Virus record (IMG/VR): IMGVR_UViG_3300047322_000252
Location: 54,221 to 118,220 of that record
DNA length: 64,000 nt
Reading direction: 5' to 3' (one strand)
From: a virus
The notes below the pieces were generated by a model. The model ran no database searches and was not told where the DNA came from. It saw nothing but the letters and a program-made list of their open reading frames with translations. Of this stretch, positions 21,001 to 29,590 are shown piece after piece. Every line of letters begins with the position of its first letter. The first letter of the stretch is position 1. The position numbers and the translations under genes are program-made.

Positions 21001-21203
21001 CCCGACTTGCCGGTGGCCAGCATGGTCTGAGTGCCGGGTATGACCACGAAGTTGGTCAGGTCATACTCGAACATTCCAGCGTCATACTGGACGAGCTTGA
21101 AGCCGGTGGGTACGGACGGGGCCGCACTCGCAGGGGAGGGCGCTAGAGGTATTGCCGCCAACCCCATTGCGAGCAGGGCGAGTGTGATGACTCTCCTGAT
21201 CAT
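18045..21203 (-). CDS. Secreted PQQ-dependent glucose/sorbosone-dehydrogenase-like beta-propeller + PKD domain + three surface repeats + Excalibur Ca-binding domain
   Basis: Signal peptide ending ASA; DRGLLGI, DGTLYVG.GDG, GLRNPFRF, GDVGW, N.GWP..EG; WTMDFGDG..HTY..PG.Y (PKD); R.xDTR/GYL..YPC/S.VNY/D..G.F repeats; C.DF..AQ..LD.DGDG.AC. Confidence 0.85.
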   Translation of the reverse strand: MIRRVITLALLAMGLAAIPLAPSPASAAPSVPTGFKLVQYDAGMFEYDLTNFVVIPGTQTMLATGKSGRVTRVDVTGDGMDASDATATIIGNMPAYYQGDRGLLGISLAGDYATTKHVNMLWDYCQSTTLASDDQACIPDGGLPTGRLSRMTLLGPATAPTGIDFTSEVVLMDNLPSWSPTNGAVCTDSHTVGTVITAPDGTLYVGNGDGSSYCGAMDPSSLSAQDVFSPRGKIFHINQDGTPVADNPFIAAKINGQNDYPIRDEYWAQRVWAYGLRNPFRFSLDGSTLRVGDVGWNTTEEQDVVNKGNNLGWPCLEGTTVTTLDNSPECNATFTDPLLTWPHVEVGRAAQSAAVGGVVVTSNYPAAQQGYWFGDYARGDLFVGDHQHPFGALGQWGSITSIQAGLGGDVMVSDIGAPGTGAGHITRIHYLGGDNAVPTARLVGTPLIGLSPLGVTFSPSAGDTDGTIRTWTMDFGDGSLPLSALNQPPATVSHTYTSPGSYRAILTVSDDLGATASATVTVNVGNNAPVLNVVPPQGLFHVGDALHVDATVRDPDGDAVSVQYQPVIHHCPSPGECHVHPGAFQDSPDFVFPSHGDDTPDYYLEIVVKATDSRGAVVQQSVTYLLDQTVPPVAPPVVPPVAPPVTPPQIQGLRFTQQPAERLVDTRTDAQPVQAGEQNAINLGGHSAAMLTVTVTQPQDTGFLRVYPCGTVPENSTVNYSTGQTVSNVAIVTIPADGWVCFLSQQTTDVVIDLSGYFDRDGALGYQPVDPTRVLDSRPNAFQAGHQVVFNLAEAPATAEAMMLNLTVDQPQADGYLRAYPCDAEANTSNVNYAAGQTIANFAAVEAPGGTLCFRSFANTQVIADLAGWFVGADGTTLTAVAPSRLFDTRSTPGFSRLAPGQELAVDLGLPRGIAAAVLNITVADPSANGYVQVYPCGTTTKTSSVNYTAHQVSAANMTVVKVPETGQVCFKSFAATDLIVDLSGWFGDAVTTPPSGPDPNTVAKCADFPGALGSVQNHNAAQAWWDYYRSPAIPNPGGLDHDGDGQACETS

Positions 21204-21291
21204 TCTACTGTTCTACCTGGTCTTCTACCCGCTTGAACATGGGCTGAACGACCTACTGTGCGTGGATCGGTTCCTGGGTACACTGTCAAGC

Positions 21292-21774
21292 ATGCCTGGG
21301 AAAGCAGCACCGACCCCTGAACCTGATCGGCCGAAGCGCCGCCGTGTGGTGAAGCGCACGCCGATCGACATCCGCACCGCTACCCGTCAGTGGTTGCTCG
21401 CCAGCGATGCCGTCGAGCGGTTCTCCAAGGACGTGTCCACCCATCGGGGGATGCTCATGGAAGCCCTCGTGGACCAGGGGACGGTGGACGACAAGGGCAG
21501 CTTCTGGGTTCGTTTCCCCGACGATCCGGTCGAAGGCCGGGTCAAGGGTATGAAGCGTGAGCGCCGGGTGAGCCGGGTCCTCAACCAGGAAGCGGCCGAG
21601 GAGTACCTGCGGGAGAAGGGCCTGTACAAGGCCTGCACCGAGACGGTCGTCATGCTCTCGGAGGAGAAGATCCTCGACAAGAACTTCAAGGGCGAGATCT
21701 CCGACGCCGACCTGGACAAGCTCTACGACGTCAAGGAGACGTGGGCGCTGATCGCTGACCGGGTGAAGCTGTGA
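21292..21774 (+). CDS. Hypothetical phage protein
   Basis: Leaderless start: TACACT 21279, 7 nt, ATG 21292. Confidence 0.65.
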   Translation: MPGKAAPTPEPDRPKRRRVVKRTPIDIRTATRQWLLASDAVERFSKDVSTHRGMLMEALVDQGTVDDKGSFWVRFPDDPVEGRVKGMKRERRVSRVLNQEAAEEYLREKGLYKACTETVVMLSEEKILDKNFKGEISDADLDKLYDVKETWALIADRVKL

Positions 21775-21950
21775 AGGGTGAGACGTGCTGCGCCTGCGGG
21801 CGCTACGACCCACCTGGTGGAGTGCGACTGACCGATGGGTCGTTCGAGGGTCCAGGTGAGTTCGACTTCAAGCAGGACTGGATCTGCAAGCGGGCCGTCG
21901 CCTGCGCCGAAGAGATCGCTCGACAGCTACGGACGGGTGAACGGCGCTGA
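21771..21950 (+). CDS. Small Cys-rich hypothetical protein (59 aa)
   Basis: GTGA overlap; MKGETCCACGRYD...ICKRAVAC. Confidence 0.4.
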   Translation: MKGETCCACGRYDPPGGVRLTDGSFEGPGEFDFKQDWICKRAVACAEEIARQLRTGERR

Positions 21951-21964
21951 GCGACATCGATGGG

Positions 21965-22390
21965 ATGTTCGATGATCTGAGGGACTACCCCGGCAAGCGC
22001 AAGCCTGCGCTCCGGGACCAGCCTCGGCCCGAGCGCAAGATGCCAGACGCCTGGGACGCCAAGCCCAGGCACTACTTTGTGAATGGTGTGAAGACTGAGT
22101 TCTTCACCGTGGGGCAGGTGGCCCTCGCCCTCAACCGCACGTCGAGAACCATCCGGTGGTGGGAGGGCAAGCAGGTCATCCCACCGGCCACGTTCCGGGC
22201 TGCTGCGCCCAAGCGCAGCAAGGTCAAAGAGGCTGGTGACAGGCTGTGGAGCCGTGCTCAGGTGGAGGTTATGATTCGGGTTGCGCAGGAGGAGGGGGTG
22301 CTGGACGGTAAGGCGCCTTCTCCGCTCTTCACCAGGAAACTGGTGACGGCGTTCCTCGCACTACAGCAACACACCAAACGCAACTCGTAA
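21965..22390 (+). CDS. MerR-like HTH DNA-binding protein
   Basis: FTVGQVALALNRTSRTIRWWE...IP...R.WS. Confidence 0.75.
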   Translation: MFDDLRDYPGKRKPALRDQPRPERKMPDAWDAKPRHYFVNGVKTEFFTVGQVALALNRTSRTIRWWEGKQVIPPATFRAAAPKRSKVKEAGDRLWSRAQVEVMIRVAQEEGVLDGKAPSPLFTRKLVTAFLALQQHTKRNS

Positions 22391-22410
22391 CACCACCAAA
22401 GGAACACCTC

Positions 22411-23172
22411 ATGGCAACGAAGCGGATCATCAGGCGTCAGCCTGCTCCCGCCGCTGCCCCTCCCATCGTGGAGGAAGCGGAGGAGTATGACGCATCGGCA
22501 ATGACCAATGGGGGCGGGTTCTCAGGTCCAGACGAAGACGAAGGCGAGGACATCCGTGGCGGATGGGGCGCCTCGCAGGAAGTCATCGACAGCACGTCGA
22601 GCTACGCACAGACGTTCAAGCCAGGCAAGGACACACAGATCATCCGGTTCCTGGAGGGCAAGCCGTATGCCGCCTTCCGGCGACACTGGATCGACCGGGT
22701 AGGCATCGGCAAGCGGGCCTACACGTGCTACAAGAGCGTGGGCAAGGACTGCCCGCTCTGCATGATCGGGGACAAGCCGGGCGCCGTGACGGCGTTCAAC
22801 GTGGCGCTCTGCCAGGACGACGGCGAGGCCCTGATCAAGTCGTGGGAGACGGGTGTGAAGATCACCCAGCAGTTGAAGACGTACGCCAACGACCCGAAGA
22901 TCGGGCCACTCGATCGGCCAGGCCTCTACTTCGCTGTGTCGAAGAGCGAGGCGACCCAGCGTCAGCAGGTGACCACCATGGTCAACCCCGTCCGTGAGCG
23001 GGACCTCCTGGAGGATTGGGCCACCCCACCGTTGACCCAGGCCAAGATCGACAAGCTCATCATGTACACGGCTGAGATCGTGGACATCTCACCCAAGGCC
23101 ACGATGGACGAGGTAGCGGCTGAGTTCGCAGGCGACACCCCGCCCGAGGAAGGACGTAGCTGGGGAGGTTGA
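22411..23172 (+). CDS. Single-stranded DNA-binding protein (T4 gp32-like)
   Basis: IIRFL, HW, C.....CPLC zinc site, acidic tail; AAGGA RBS; precedes the polymerase. Confidence 0.7.
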   Translation: MATKRIIRRQPAPAAAPPIVEEAEEYDASAMTNGGGFSGPDEDEGEDIRGGWGASQEVIDSTSSYAQTFKPGKDTQIIRFLEGKPYAAFRRHWIDRVGIGKRAYTCYKSVGKDCPLCMIGDKPGAVTAFNVALCQDDGEALIKSWETGVKITQQLKTYANDPKIGPLDRPGLYFAVSKSEATQRQQVTTMVNPVRERDLLEDWATPPLTQAKIDKLIMYTAEIVDISPKATMDEVAAEFAGDTPPEEGRSWGG

Positions 23173-23241
23173 CAGGGTTCGGAACCTGTGCTTTACTCTC
23201 CTGGCTCCGGATTGCCCGCTCTTTCCAGAGCACTCCACCTC

Positions 23242-23287
23242 AGGACCCCCGGCCTTCCTTCCCTCCCAGGAAGTGGCCGGGGGTCCT
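23242..23287 (+). terminator. Hairpin between SSB and polymerase
   Basis: AGGACCCCCGGCC...GGCCGGGGGTCCT. Confidence 0.55.
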
Positions 23288-23322
23288 CGGCGTGTGAGGG
23301 GCCGGGAGCTACAGTCCCGTCA

Positions 23323-25317
23323 ATGGCAATGGTGGTCGAGCCGTATCTCATCCGCACCCGCCACGACTTGAAGACGGCGGTCGCCCGCTGCTCCCAGTAC
23401 GACGCCTTCGTGATCGACGTCGAGACGGACGGCGTCTTCACCAAGACCAACTGGGTCACCTGGGTCGGCCTCGCCACCCATGGTCAGTGCTTCCTCATTC
23501 CCATCGGGCAGCGTCACGGGCGGCTCATCAAGCGAGCGCACTCGAAGATGGAGCTACCGCCCGACCATCTACGGGCCGTGCTCCAGAACGGCACGCTGTC
23601 CATGCGCAAGGTGAAGGTCAACTACCCGGCCGTGTTCGGGGACCCCGGCGAGCAACTGGACCCTGCTGTCGTCTTCGAGGAGCTACAGCCTCTGCTGTTC
23701 AGTGACCAGATCAAGATCGGCCACAACGTCAAGTTCGACCTGATGACGGTGTCCAAGTACTACGGCGGCGAGCTACCACCAGGGCCGTACGAGGACACGA
23801 TGATCATGCAGCACGTCGTGGACGAGAACCGGCGCCTCTACGACTTGAAGGAGTGCGTACTAGACATGCTCCGGGTGGTAGGTCTGGATCAGCGCCGGAC
23901 CTATTACCCCAAGCTGGGCAAGACCATCATGAACGAGTCTCTGATGGACGTGGCCCGCTACCTGTCCAAGGACACCTATCTCTGCTGGCTGTTGCGACAT
24001 CACCTGCGGGAGCGCTTGAAGAAGCAGGGGCTGGAGTCGGTGTTCCGGCTGGAGATGGACGTGTACCCGGCTGTGATGCGCATGGAGATGAACGGCGCCG
24101 CCATTGACACTGACGAGATGCAGGCGGTGGGCGCCGACCTGCGCCAGCAGATCACCCTCATCGAGAACCGGGCCTGGCAGATCGCTGACGGACCGTTCCA
24201 GATGACGGATGTGAACAAGAAGCGGGAGCTTCTGTTCATGCCCAAGGACAAGGTCAAGGGTGGGCAGGGCTTGAAGCCGCTCACCTGGACGGCCAAGACC
24301 GGCGTGCCCCAGTTGAACCAGTTCACCCTGGAGCACTACAGCGAGACGAACGAGCTAGCCCGGCTGTTCAGTGAGTGGAGCGCCGCCGCCAAGCTGCACT
24401 CCACCTATATCGTGGGCCTGCGGGACCGGATGCACGAGCGGGACGGTCAACATTACGTTTACACATCATTCACACAACAGGGCACGGTGACAGGGCGTCT
24501 GAGCAGCCGTGACCCCAACGTCCAGAACATCCCCACCGACTCCTCGATCCGGGGGCTATTCATCGCCCCGGACGGGCAGATCCTCATCGTGGCTGACTAC
24601 GACCAGATCGAGTTGCGGGTGATCGCCCACTTCTCGGGGGACCCGGTCATGCAGGGCATCTTCCAGCGGGGTGAGGACATCCACGCTGGTACAGCGGCTG
24701 CGGTGCTGGGCAAGGAGATCGAGGAAGTCACCCCCATCGAGCGCTCCAAGATCGGCAAGCCCCTCAACTTCGCCGTGGGCTACGGCGCAGGCTGGCAGAA
24801 GGTCGCCGCCATGTCCGGTACCAGCGAGCGCCAGGCCAAGCTCTTCGTGCGTCGGTACTACGAGCGCTTCGCCATGATCCAGCCCTGGAAGCGCCGGGTC
24901 CTGCTGGAGGCGTGGAAGCGGGGGGACCCCAAGAACCCCTACGGGCAGCCCCCATTTGTGACAACACTTCTGGGACGTAAGCGCAGGTTGCCGGAGCTTT
25001 ACAGCGGCGACAACGCCTTGAAGTCGAGGGCTGAGCGGCAGGCCATCAACCACCGGGTGCAGGGCACAGCGGCCGAGATCATGAAGATCGCCATCATCCG
25101 GGTGGACCGGGCCTTCCAGGACACGCCGTACCAGATGCTGATGACTGTTCATGACGAACTGCTGTCGGCCGTCCCCGAAGCCGAGGCTGAGCAGGCGAAA
25201 GCGGCCGTTGTGACAGCGATGTCCGGGATATGCTTCGCCAACGGAGATCCGATTCTCAACGTCCCACTGGTGGTGTCATGCGGAACAGCGAAGAGGTGGA
25301 GCGAGGCCAAGGGGTAA
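23323..25317 (+). CDS. polA: Family A DNA polymerase (3'-5' exonuclease + polymerase, no 5'-3' exonuclease)
   Basis: DVET (ExoI), GHNVKFD, TGRLSS..PN.QNIP, ADYDQIELR, K..NF...YG, VHDE; leaderless start at 23323. Confidence 0.95.
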   Translation: MAMVVEPYLIRTRHDLKTAVARCSQYDAFVIDVETDGVFTKTNWVTWVGLATHGQCFLIPIGQRHGRLIKRAHSKMELPPDHLRAVLQNGTLSMRKVKVNYPAVFGDPGEQLDPAVVFEELQPLLFSDQIKIGHNVKFDLMTVSKYYGGELPPGPYEDTMIMQHVVDENRRLYDLKECVLDMLRVVGLDQRRTYYPKLGKTIMNESLMDVARYLSKDTYLCWLLRHHLRERLKKQGLESVFRLEMDVYPAVMRMEMNGAAIDTDEMQAVGADLRQQITLIENRAWQIADGPFQMTDVNKKRELLFMPKDKVKGGQGLKPLTWTAKTGVPQLNQFTLEHYSETNELARLFSEWSAAAKLHSTYIVGLRDRMHERDGQHYVYTSFTQQGTVTGRLSSRDPNVQNIPTDSSIRGLFIAPDGQILIVADYDQIELRVIAHFSGDPVMQGIFQRGEDIHAGTAAAVLGKEIEEVTPIERSKIGKPLNFAVGYGAGWQKVAAMSGTSERQAKLFVRRYYERFAMIQPWKRRVLLEAWKRGDPKNPYGQPPFVTTLLGRKRRLPELYSGDNALKSRAERQAINHRVQGTAAEIMKIAIIRVDRAFQDTPYQMLMTVHDELLSAVPEAEAEQAKAAVVTAMSGICFANGDPILNVPLVVSCGTAKRWSEAKG

Positions 25318-25637
25318 CCCTGACGAGCTTGCGGCGGGCCTTCCTCATCGACATGTCCTGGCCGGTCGGCAGTGATGCCATCGCCCGGCTGTTCGACCTG
25401 CCTGCGGCCTCAGCCGAGGTGCTGGAGGCCGAGGTCGGGGACTCTCGTGCCCGCATGGGCCGGTTCACTCGCAACGGGAAGCTGTGCGCCATCCTGACCC
25501 AGGCTGCCCGGGACTGCGAGGCCGTGCTCAGCGTGGTGGAGGACGAAGATGAGCGGGTGGCCTGGCTGGCGACGTACGCTCTGGCCGTCATGAACCTCTT
25601 GGAGATGGCAGGTGAGATCGAGGTGACGGCAGCGTGA
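25296..25637 (+). CDS. Hypothetical protein (start uncertain)
   Basis: Fills the gap between polA and 25634; GTGA coupling downstream. Confidence 0.5.
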   Translation: MERGQGVTLTSLRRAFLIDMSWPVGSDAIARLFDLPAASAEVLEAEVGDSRARMGRFTRNGKLCAILTQAARDCEAVLSVVEDEDERVAWLATYALAVMNLLEMAGEIEVTAA

Positions 25638-26062
25638 GCGCACAGGATTGGTACCGCAGGGCACTGGGAGGAGGGTCGCCAGCGCCTGCGGCCCCCCAAG
25701 CGTACGTGCCCCAGCAGCAGGTCCCAGCGGGCTATCAGGCCCCTCCGGGCTACCAACTGGTGCCCGTCCAGCAGCCCAACGGCAACGGGGCCATCCCCTG
25801 GAGCCAGATCCAACAGCAGCAGGTGCCGAACATCGACACCCGCACCATCCCTCGTGGTGCTGTGACACCAGAGAACTTCCTGGAGATGGCGAAGTTCTGG
25901 AGGGGTGGCGAGGGGCAGAAGGCGGCGCTCGACTGCCCGCAGTGCGGAGGGGTGCTCTTCCGTCGCTTCGAGGGCAGGCGTGAAGCCGCACCACTGTGTG
26001 AGTCGTGCGGCTTCAACGGCCTCTTCGTGCAGGGTCAGGGAGCCGTCGCCGTCAACGGGTGA
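25634..26062 (+). CDS. Gln/Pro-rich protein with C-terminal Zn ribbon
   Basis: CPQCGG...CESCG. Confidence 0.65.
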   Translation: MSAQDWYRRALGGGSPAPAAPQAYVPQQQVPAGYQAPPGYQLVPVQQPNGNGAIPWSQIQQQQVPNIDTRTIPRGAVTPENFLEMAKFWRGGEGQKAALDCPQCGGVLFRRFEGRREAAPLCESCGFNGLFVQGQGAVAVNG

Positions 26063-26253
26063 AACGCCGCCATGTGAGCGTCATACTCTTCACGAGAGTG
26101 CATGGTACGGTCGATGTTGGAGGCCTGGATGCCGTAGTGGGCAACACACAGGCGGCATGCCAGGCCTCTCTTGCTCCCGTCCACGAGCGCTAGCTCGACC
26201 GGCTCACGCCAGGGCAGTTCGGGGAAGGTCGCTTCGAGTTCGTCGTCAGTCAC
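26035..26253 (-). CDS. Small Zn-binding hypothetical protein
   Basis: Leaderless TAGGAT, 7 nt, GTG 26253; CRLC...H....H. Confidence 0.5.
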   Translation of the reverse strand: MTDDELEATFPELPWREPVELALVDGSKRGLACRLCVAHYGIQASNIDRTMHSREEYDAHMAAFHPLTATAP

Positions 26254-26286
26254 GTACGGAATCCTACGAGGAGTACCGTAGGCCGG

Positions 26287-27357
26287 ATGCCTGACACATC
26301 TCTCGACACGGTGCTGACGAGGGTCAACAAGAACCTCGGGGAAGGGACCCTCATCCGGGGGTCCGACTTGAAGAACCACCAGATCCCCCGCATCACGTCC
26401 GGGTCGTTGGCCCTGGACATGGCGCTGGGCGGCGGCTGGGCCATGAACTGTTGGTCCGAGCTTCTGGGTGAACCGTCCCATGGGAAAACGGTTCTCGCTC
26501 TCAAAACGATCGCCGCCAACCAACGTATCCACAAGCGTTTCCACACCCTGTGGATAGCCGCCGAGCCGTTCGTACCCGCCTGGGCCGAGACGTGCGAGGT
26601 CGATCTCGACCGGGTGATGATCGCTGACACCCGGGTGATGGAGGACGCCTACCAGATCGTCTGCGAGATGATCGACGGGCGCCTCGTGGACGCCGTCGTC
26701 ATCGACTCACTCTCTTCGCTCACGCCCACCGAGGAGGACGAGAAGGCCATGGACGACTGGCAGGTGGGCCTCGGCGCTCGCCTGACGGGCAAGTTCATGC
26801 GCAAGTCCAGCGTGGCCCAGCGCCGCAGCCTCACCGAGCCGGACCGCAACTGCTTCGGGCTGATCATCTCGCAGTGGCGGGAGAAGATCGGCGTGATGTA
26901 CGGCGACAACCGAGTCAGCCCCAACGGGCGGGCCAAGGAGTTCTTCTTCATGACCCGGGTGGAGGTGCGCCGGGATGACTGGCTGGGGCCGGACAAGCAC
27001 CGGGTGGGCCAGACGTTCAAGGCCCGCATCATCAAGAACAAGACGGCGCCGCCCCAGCGCTCAGCCGTGTTCGACTTCTACTGGGAGGACGACGGCAACC
27101 ACCGGGCCGGGCGTTATGACATCGGGAAGATGCTGGCCAACATCGGCATGGACCTGGGTGTCGTGGAGTTGAAGGGGGCCTGGTACTACTTTGCTGGGCA
27201 GAAGTGGAACGGCAAGGAGAAGTTCTGGGAGGCAGTCGATCAGGATGAGTTGTTACAACGAGGTCTGGCCAAGGCCATCCGTGGCCTCGCCCTGCCGGGC
27301 ATTGACATTGACGACCCCGCCCCGGCCAAGGCCAGGCGGGCGTTGAAGCGTGCCTAA
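26287..27357 (+). CDS. recA: RecA recombinase
   Basis: SGSLALD.ALGGG, GEPSHGKT, VIDS, Q.REKIGVMYG, KNK.APP, GAWY. Confidence 0.95.
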   Translation: MPDTSLDTVLTRVNKNLGEGTLIRGSDLKNHQIPRITSGSLALDMALGGGWAMNCWSELLGEPSHGKTVLALKTIAANQRIHKRFHTLWIAAEPFVPAWAETCEVDLDRVMIADTRVMEDAYQIVCEMIDGRLVDAVVIDSLSSLTPTEEDEKAMDDWQVGLGARLTGKFMRKSSVAQRRSLTEPDRNCFGLIISQWREKIGVMYGDNRVSPNGRAKEFFFMTRVEVRRDDWLGPDKHRVGQTFKARIIKNKTAPPQRSAVFDFYWEDDGNHRAGRYDIGKMLANIGMDLGVVELKGAWYYFAGQKWNGKEKFWEAVDQDELLQRGLAKAIRGLALPGIDIDDPAPAKARRALKRA

Positions 27358-27631
27358 GCCCTGGCAGAAGCAAGAGTCCCGGCTCGCCAACCTCCTTGGG
27401 GGCACTCGCAACGCCGGGTCCGGCAACGGCTGGGTCAGGAAGGCCGACGTGCGCAATGTGGACTGGTTGGTGGAGGCCAAGACCACCGACAACAAGGGGT
27501 ACCGCATCACCCTCCAGGAACTGCTCACCTTGGGCCACCAGGCCGACGTGGAGGGGCGCAAGCCTGCGTTCTGCATCGAGATCCAGGGCCACAACTACGT
27601 GGTGCTGCGAGAGCAGGAGTGGGAGCGGTGA
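27350..27631 (+). CDS. PD-(D/E)XK nuclease/Holliday junction resolvase-like
   Basis: QE...A...GG.R..GSG...KADV....LVEAK. Confidence 0.75.
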   Translation: MPKPWQKQESRLANLLGGTRNAGSGNGWVRKADVRNVDWLVEAKTTDNKGYRITLQELLTLGHQADVEGRKPAFCIEIQGHNYVVLREQEWER

Positions 27632-28641
27632 GCGTGTCGAAGAGGGTGCTCATCGAGACACGCAACCTCACCGTGGGGGACGAGACGGTCATCCTCTCCG
27701 ACGTGCGCAAGCACGTGCTCAGACAGAGTCAGGAGCCTGAGCCGGACCGGCGCCAGGACATCCTCCATCCCAGCGAGATGGCCAAGGGGGACTGGTGCCA
27801 CCGGCACGACTACTACCGCCTCCGGGGCTACCCGGTGGACCCCAAGAGCCAGAACCCCAGCTTCCACATGGAGAACGTGTTCGAGGAGGGGCACGAGATC
27901 CACCACAAGTGGCAGCGTTGGCTGTGGGAGATGGGCACCCTCTACGGCGTCTTCTACTGCCAGTTGTGTGAACAGTCGTGGTGGGACCGCTCCCCCAAGG
28001 AGTGCTACTACTGCCAGGCCCCGCTCCGGTTCCTGCGGTACCACGAGATCCCCCTGTACGCCGACCACCTGCACATGGGGGGCAAGTCGGACGGCGGGCT
28101 GATGATCGAGGGCCAACCCTTCCGGCTGCTGGAGATCAAGAGCGTGAGCCTGGGCACTCTCCGGTTCGAGGCGCCCGACCTGTACGAGCGTTATGAGAAC
28201 AACGAGAGCCTGGACAAGATCTGGATGGAGATCAACCGGCCCTTCCCCAGCCACATCCGACAGGGCCTGCTCTACCTGTACATGGCGATCCGGGGTGCCA
28301 CCAGTGACGTCCCGGTGCCCCACGAGATGGTGTTCATCTACGAGTGGAAGCCCCGCCAGTTGGTGAAGGAGTTCGTGGTCGCCTACCAGCCACGGTGGGT
28401 GGAGAGGATGCTGGCCGGTGCCCAGATGGTCACCGACGCCTTGGACATCGGACGACCACCGCAGCGGCCTCCCTGGGCCGCTGACGAGCAGGTTCGCATC
28501 TGTCGAAGCTGTCCGTACCGTGCTCTATGCTGGAAACTGAACCATGAACAACACCAAGACCATCCGACGCCGGTCGCAACGCCCGTCAAGCGAGCCGCAG
28601 CGAATGTTCGCAGGCGTGCTCTTACCAAGCGAGCCTCCTGA
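27628..28641 (+). CDS. Cas4-like PD-(D/E)XK exonuclease
   Basis: HPS...C.R, G..IH, G..DG, LEIKS, Q...Y, C..CPY...C iron-sulfur-type Cys set. Confidence 0.8.
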   Translation: MSVSKRVLIETRNLTVGDETVILSDVRKHVLRQSQEPEPDRRQDILHPSEMAKGDWCHRHDYYRLRGYPVDPKSQNPSFHMENVFEEGHEIHHKWQRWLWEMGTLYGVFYCQLCEQSWWDRSPKECYYCQAPLRFLRYHEIPLYADHLHMGGKSDGGLMIEGQPFRLLEIKSVSLGTLRFEAPDLYERYENNESLDKIWMEINRPFPSHIRQGLLYLYMAIRGATSDVPVPHEMVFIYEWKPRQLVKEFVVAYQPRWVERMLAGAQMVTDALDIGRPPQRPPWAADEQVRICRSCPYRALCWKLNHEQHQDHPTPVATPVKRAAANVRRRALTKRAS

Positions 28642-29041
28642 GCCGATACCGGCTGTACCCATCGACCTGGCTGAGCTAGCGGACCCGCACCTGATGCGGC
28701 TCTTCTCGTTGTACGTGGCGTGGAACGACTACCTGGACGTGCTGCGGGTGGAGGCCGAGGTGGAGGAGGGCAACGCCGAGGCTGACTTGAAGCTGTTGGA
28801 GGCCACGTCCATGGCAGGGTGGGGACCCAAGGACAAGGTGACCTTCGCCAGGGCCGAGCGGGACACCGATCCCGAGATCGTCATTGCTCGCCAGCGGGTG
28901 ACGACGGCGTGGTCCCGGCGCAAGGTGCTCATGGTGCTGTGCGGGAACATGGAGCGGGACGCAAGCCTGCTATCGAGGGAGTTGTCACGCCGTATCGGAC
29001 GAGCACCTGTGGAGGGGCGCTATGCAGGATGGAACACCTGA
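28604..29041 (+). CDS. Helical hypothetical protein (possible UvsY-like recombination mediator)
   Basis: Coiled-coil pattern ending LLSRELSRR; sits in the recA/exonuclease cluster; start uncertain (28544 or 28604). Confidence 0.45.
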   Translation: MFAGVLLPSEPPEPIPAVPIDLAELADPHLMRLFSLYVAWNDYLDVLRVEAEVEEGNAEADLKLLEATSMAGWGPKDKVTFARAERDTDPEIVIARQRVTTAWSRRKVLMVLCGNMERDASLLSRELSRRIGRAPVEGRYAGWNT

Positions 29042-29348
29042 GGACGACGTCGTTGCGATCAGGCTGGATGCGGAGGCGTCAGCCGACAGCCAGGTGGTGC
29101 CCGAGGACGACGAGGCCGACCTGCTGCGCATCCAGCGGCTCTACAGCACGACCGACGCCATGGTGTGGGCCACCGAGTGGTGCATCGTGGCCCGCAAGCT
29201 GGAGTACCTGGGCAAGCCGTTGATCGATGAGGGCTGGATGGTGGGGTGGTTCGCCAACGCCATCGAGATCGGACGAGAGGCCGGGTATCGCAAGGCCATG
29301 GAGTCCATTGACACTGACGATGGTCGGGGACGGGAGTTCACACGATGA
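29022..29348 (+). CDS. Hypothetical protein
   Basis: GGAGG RBS; coupled ORF. Confidence 0.6.
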   Translation: MQDGTPEDDVVAIRLDAEASADSQVVPEDDEADLLRIQRLYSTTDAMVWATEWCIVARKLEYLGKPLIDEGWMVGWFANAIEIGREAGYRKAMESIDTDDGRGREFTR

Positions 29349-29590
29349 TCTGTTCGCTGTGTGAGGAGCCGATGGGCAATGAGTCTTCGGCCAACAACAA
29401 CCCGGTCGCTCCGATGCACCGGGTGTGCGCACTGCGCTCTGTCATGGGGGGCATCGGCCACTTGATCGCCCACGAGTACTGGTGTCTCCAGCAAGGCGAT
29501 CCGGACGCCGGGTTGACGTGGCACCAGAGCGCCCGGTTGGTGGAGCACTACATCCAGGTGATGGGTGTCGAGACGGCGGCAGCCAAGTGA
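29345..29590 (+). CDS. Small Cys/His hypothetical protein
   Basis: ATGA overlap; CSLC...HRVC. Confidence 0.55.
   Translation: MICSLCEEPMGNESSANNNPVAPMHRVCALRSVMGGIGHLIAHEYWCLQQGDPDAGLTWHQSARLVEHYIQVMGVETAAAK

Noticed and set aside
13840-27357. Inteins or introns in DnaB, PolA or RecA
   Set aside because: Lengths are normal and no splice-junction or homing-endonuclease motifs are visible; PolA has only a ~45-aa insertion in the exonuclease domain
27628-28641. Cas4-like nuclease as evidence of a CRISPR-Cas system
   Set aside because: No array or other cas genes; stand-alone Cas4-like exonucleases are common in phage recombination modules
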